Assembly: GCA_963728915.1 (NCBI GenBank)
Contig: CAVSLV010000001.1
Location: 992,001 to 1,056,000, forward strand
Length of the DNA stretch: 64,000 bases
Source: an uncultured Gemmatimonadales bacterium
Lineage (GTDB): Bacteria > Gemmatimonadota > Gemmatimonadetes > Gemmatimonadales > GWC2-71-9
Reading direction: 5' to 3'
The notes beneath the pieces are model-generated. The model had not been told where the DNA came from. It saw nothing but the letters and a program-made list of their open reading frames with translations, and did not search any database. Of the stretch, positions 62,824-64,000 are shown in pieces; within the stretch, counting starts at the first letter, position 1, and the number at the start of each line of letters is the position of its first letter. The position numbers and the translations under genes are program-made.

Positions 62824-63270
62824 TTACGGCCCCCTCAAACCGGTGCTGCCGAATCCTCCTTCTCCTCGCTGGGTTGGTGAGAGAGTGCTCACTAGCGCAA
62901 ATTCGGCAGGCTCGACCCGACCGATCACCATCTGAGCGATCCTCATACCCCGGCTCACTCGAAAAGACTCCTGCCCAAGGTTGACCAGCGCCACCTTGAG
63001 CTCACCCCGGTAGTCGCTGTCGATGGTTGCAGGCGTGTTGGGGAGGGAAATGCCATGCTTGAGGGCGAGTCCCGATCGGGGCCGGATCTGGATTTCGTAG
63101 CCTGGAGGGATCGCTACCGCGAATCCGGTGGCGAACAGGCGCCGCTCCCCAGGCGCCAGCTCCCCATCCTCCGCGCTCACCAGGTCGAACCCGGCGCTCC
63201 CCTCCGTGGCCCTGGCGGGAAGCGGGAGGTCGTCACCGTGGGGCAGACGGAGGATCTCGATCGTGATCAT
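62824..63270 (-). CDS. dut: dUTP diphosphatase
   Basis: [36 protein letters not shown]. Confidence 0.97.
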   Translation of the reverse strand: MITIEILRLPHGDDLPLPARATEGSAGFDLVSAEDGELAPGERRLFATGFAVAIPPGYEIQIRPRSGLALKHGISLPNTPATIDSDYRGELKVALVNLGQESFRVSRGMRIAQMVIGRVEPAEFALVSTLSPTQRGEGGFGSTGLRGP

Positions 63271-63287
63271 CGGGCGGATCAGCGGAG

Positions 63288-64000
63288 CTAGAGAACGGAC
63301 TCCACCGGCACGAGCGGCAACCCGAACGCCTCGGCCACCCCGGGATAGACGACCTTGCCCTGAACCACATTGAGTCCCAGGGCAAGCGCCCGATCCTCCC
63401 GGCAGGCAGCCTTCCATCCCTTCTTGGCGAGACGGACCCCGTAGGGCAGTGTCGCATTGGTCAGGGCCAGGGTCGAAGTGCGGGGCACCCCGCCGGGCAT
63501 GTTGGCCACCGCGTAGTGGAGGATGCCCTCCACGAAGTAGGTGGGATCGTCGTGCGTTGTGGGATGAATCGTCTCGACGCAGCCGCCCTGATCCACCGCG
63601 ACGTCCACGATCACGGACCCGGGTTGCATGCGCTTGAGATCGTTCCGAACGATGAGGCGGGGAGCCTTGGCGCCGGGGAGCAGCACCGCTCCGATCACCA
63701 GATCGGCGCGCTCGATCGCGTCGAGGATGTTGAAACGGTTCGAATAGATGGTCTTGACGTTGGCGGGGAGCACGTCGTCGAGGTACCGGAGCCGCTCGAG
63801 CGAAAGATCAAGAATGAGCACCGACGCGCCGAGCCCCGCCGCCATCTTGGCCGCGTTGATCCCGACCACTCCACCCCCGATGATCACCACCTTGGCAGGG
63901 GGAACACCGGGCACCCCGCCCAGGAGCACGCCCCGCCCGCCGTGGACTTTTTCCAGGTACTTGGCCCCTTCCTGGACGGCCATCCGCCCCGCAACCTCCG
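63288..64000 (-). CDS. ald: Alanine dehydrogenase (partial, 5' end outside the window)
   Basis: [29 protein letters not shown]. Confidence 0.95.
   Translation of the reverse strand, partial: EVAGRMAVQEGAKYLEKVHGGRGVLLGGVPGVPPAKVVIIGGGVVGINAAKMAAGLGASVLILDLSLERLRYLDDVLPANVKTIYSNRFNILDAIERADLVIGAVLLPGAKAPRLIVRNDLKRMQPGSVIVDVAVDQGGCVETIHPTTHDDPTYFVEGILHYAVANMPGGVPRTSTLALTNATLPYGVRLAKKGWKAACREDRALALGLNVVQGKVVYPGVAEAFGLPLVPVESVL

Overview
GC-rich core-chromosome segment with about 54 genes and one tmRNA. Gene content, gene order and the tmRNA tag suggest a Gemmatimonadota-like bacterium (inference). I found no mobile element, prophage or CRISPR array. Left arm (minus strand): aspS-phoH-ybeY-two CNNM/CorC genes; meaB, a split B12 acyl-CoA mutase with isobutyryl-CoA-mutase signature residues whose halves are separated by an aeRF1-like gene, a carboxyltransferase and a secreted TPP II-like subtilase; recQ; and acyl-CoA dehydrogenase-DUF305-LVIVD lipoprotein. 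Centre: rlmN and an acyltransferase, then a HEAT-repeat / HD-GYP / MCP / folK / yqeK / LytR_C chain divergent from lexA. Next come truA-degP-purB-purC-psd-pssA-purS-purQ-zinc ribbon-purL (1-nt frameshift)-purF-ppdK, then a GGDEF-EAL gene, purE, an NTP_transf_5 gene, ssrA, dusB and a PTS IIA gene. Right arm (minus strand): ald-dut-mreBCD-mrdA-rodA-accD-folC-hisS-proS-lysA-guaA. Best candidates for new biology: (1) the HEAT and HD-GYP proteins appear to share an unnamed N-terminal domain and are coupled to an orphan chemoreceptor; (2) an 11-bp-period TTCGG direct-repeat array over the lexA promoter, a candidate SOS box; (3) a GGQ-less aeRF1 homolog wedged between the mutase subunits; (4) a DUF305 plus His/Cys-rich propeller pair; (5) pervasive leaderless promoters. 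All assignments come from motif recognition by eye; no database search was run.
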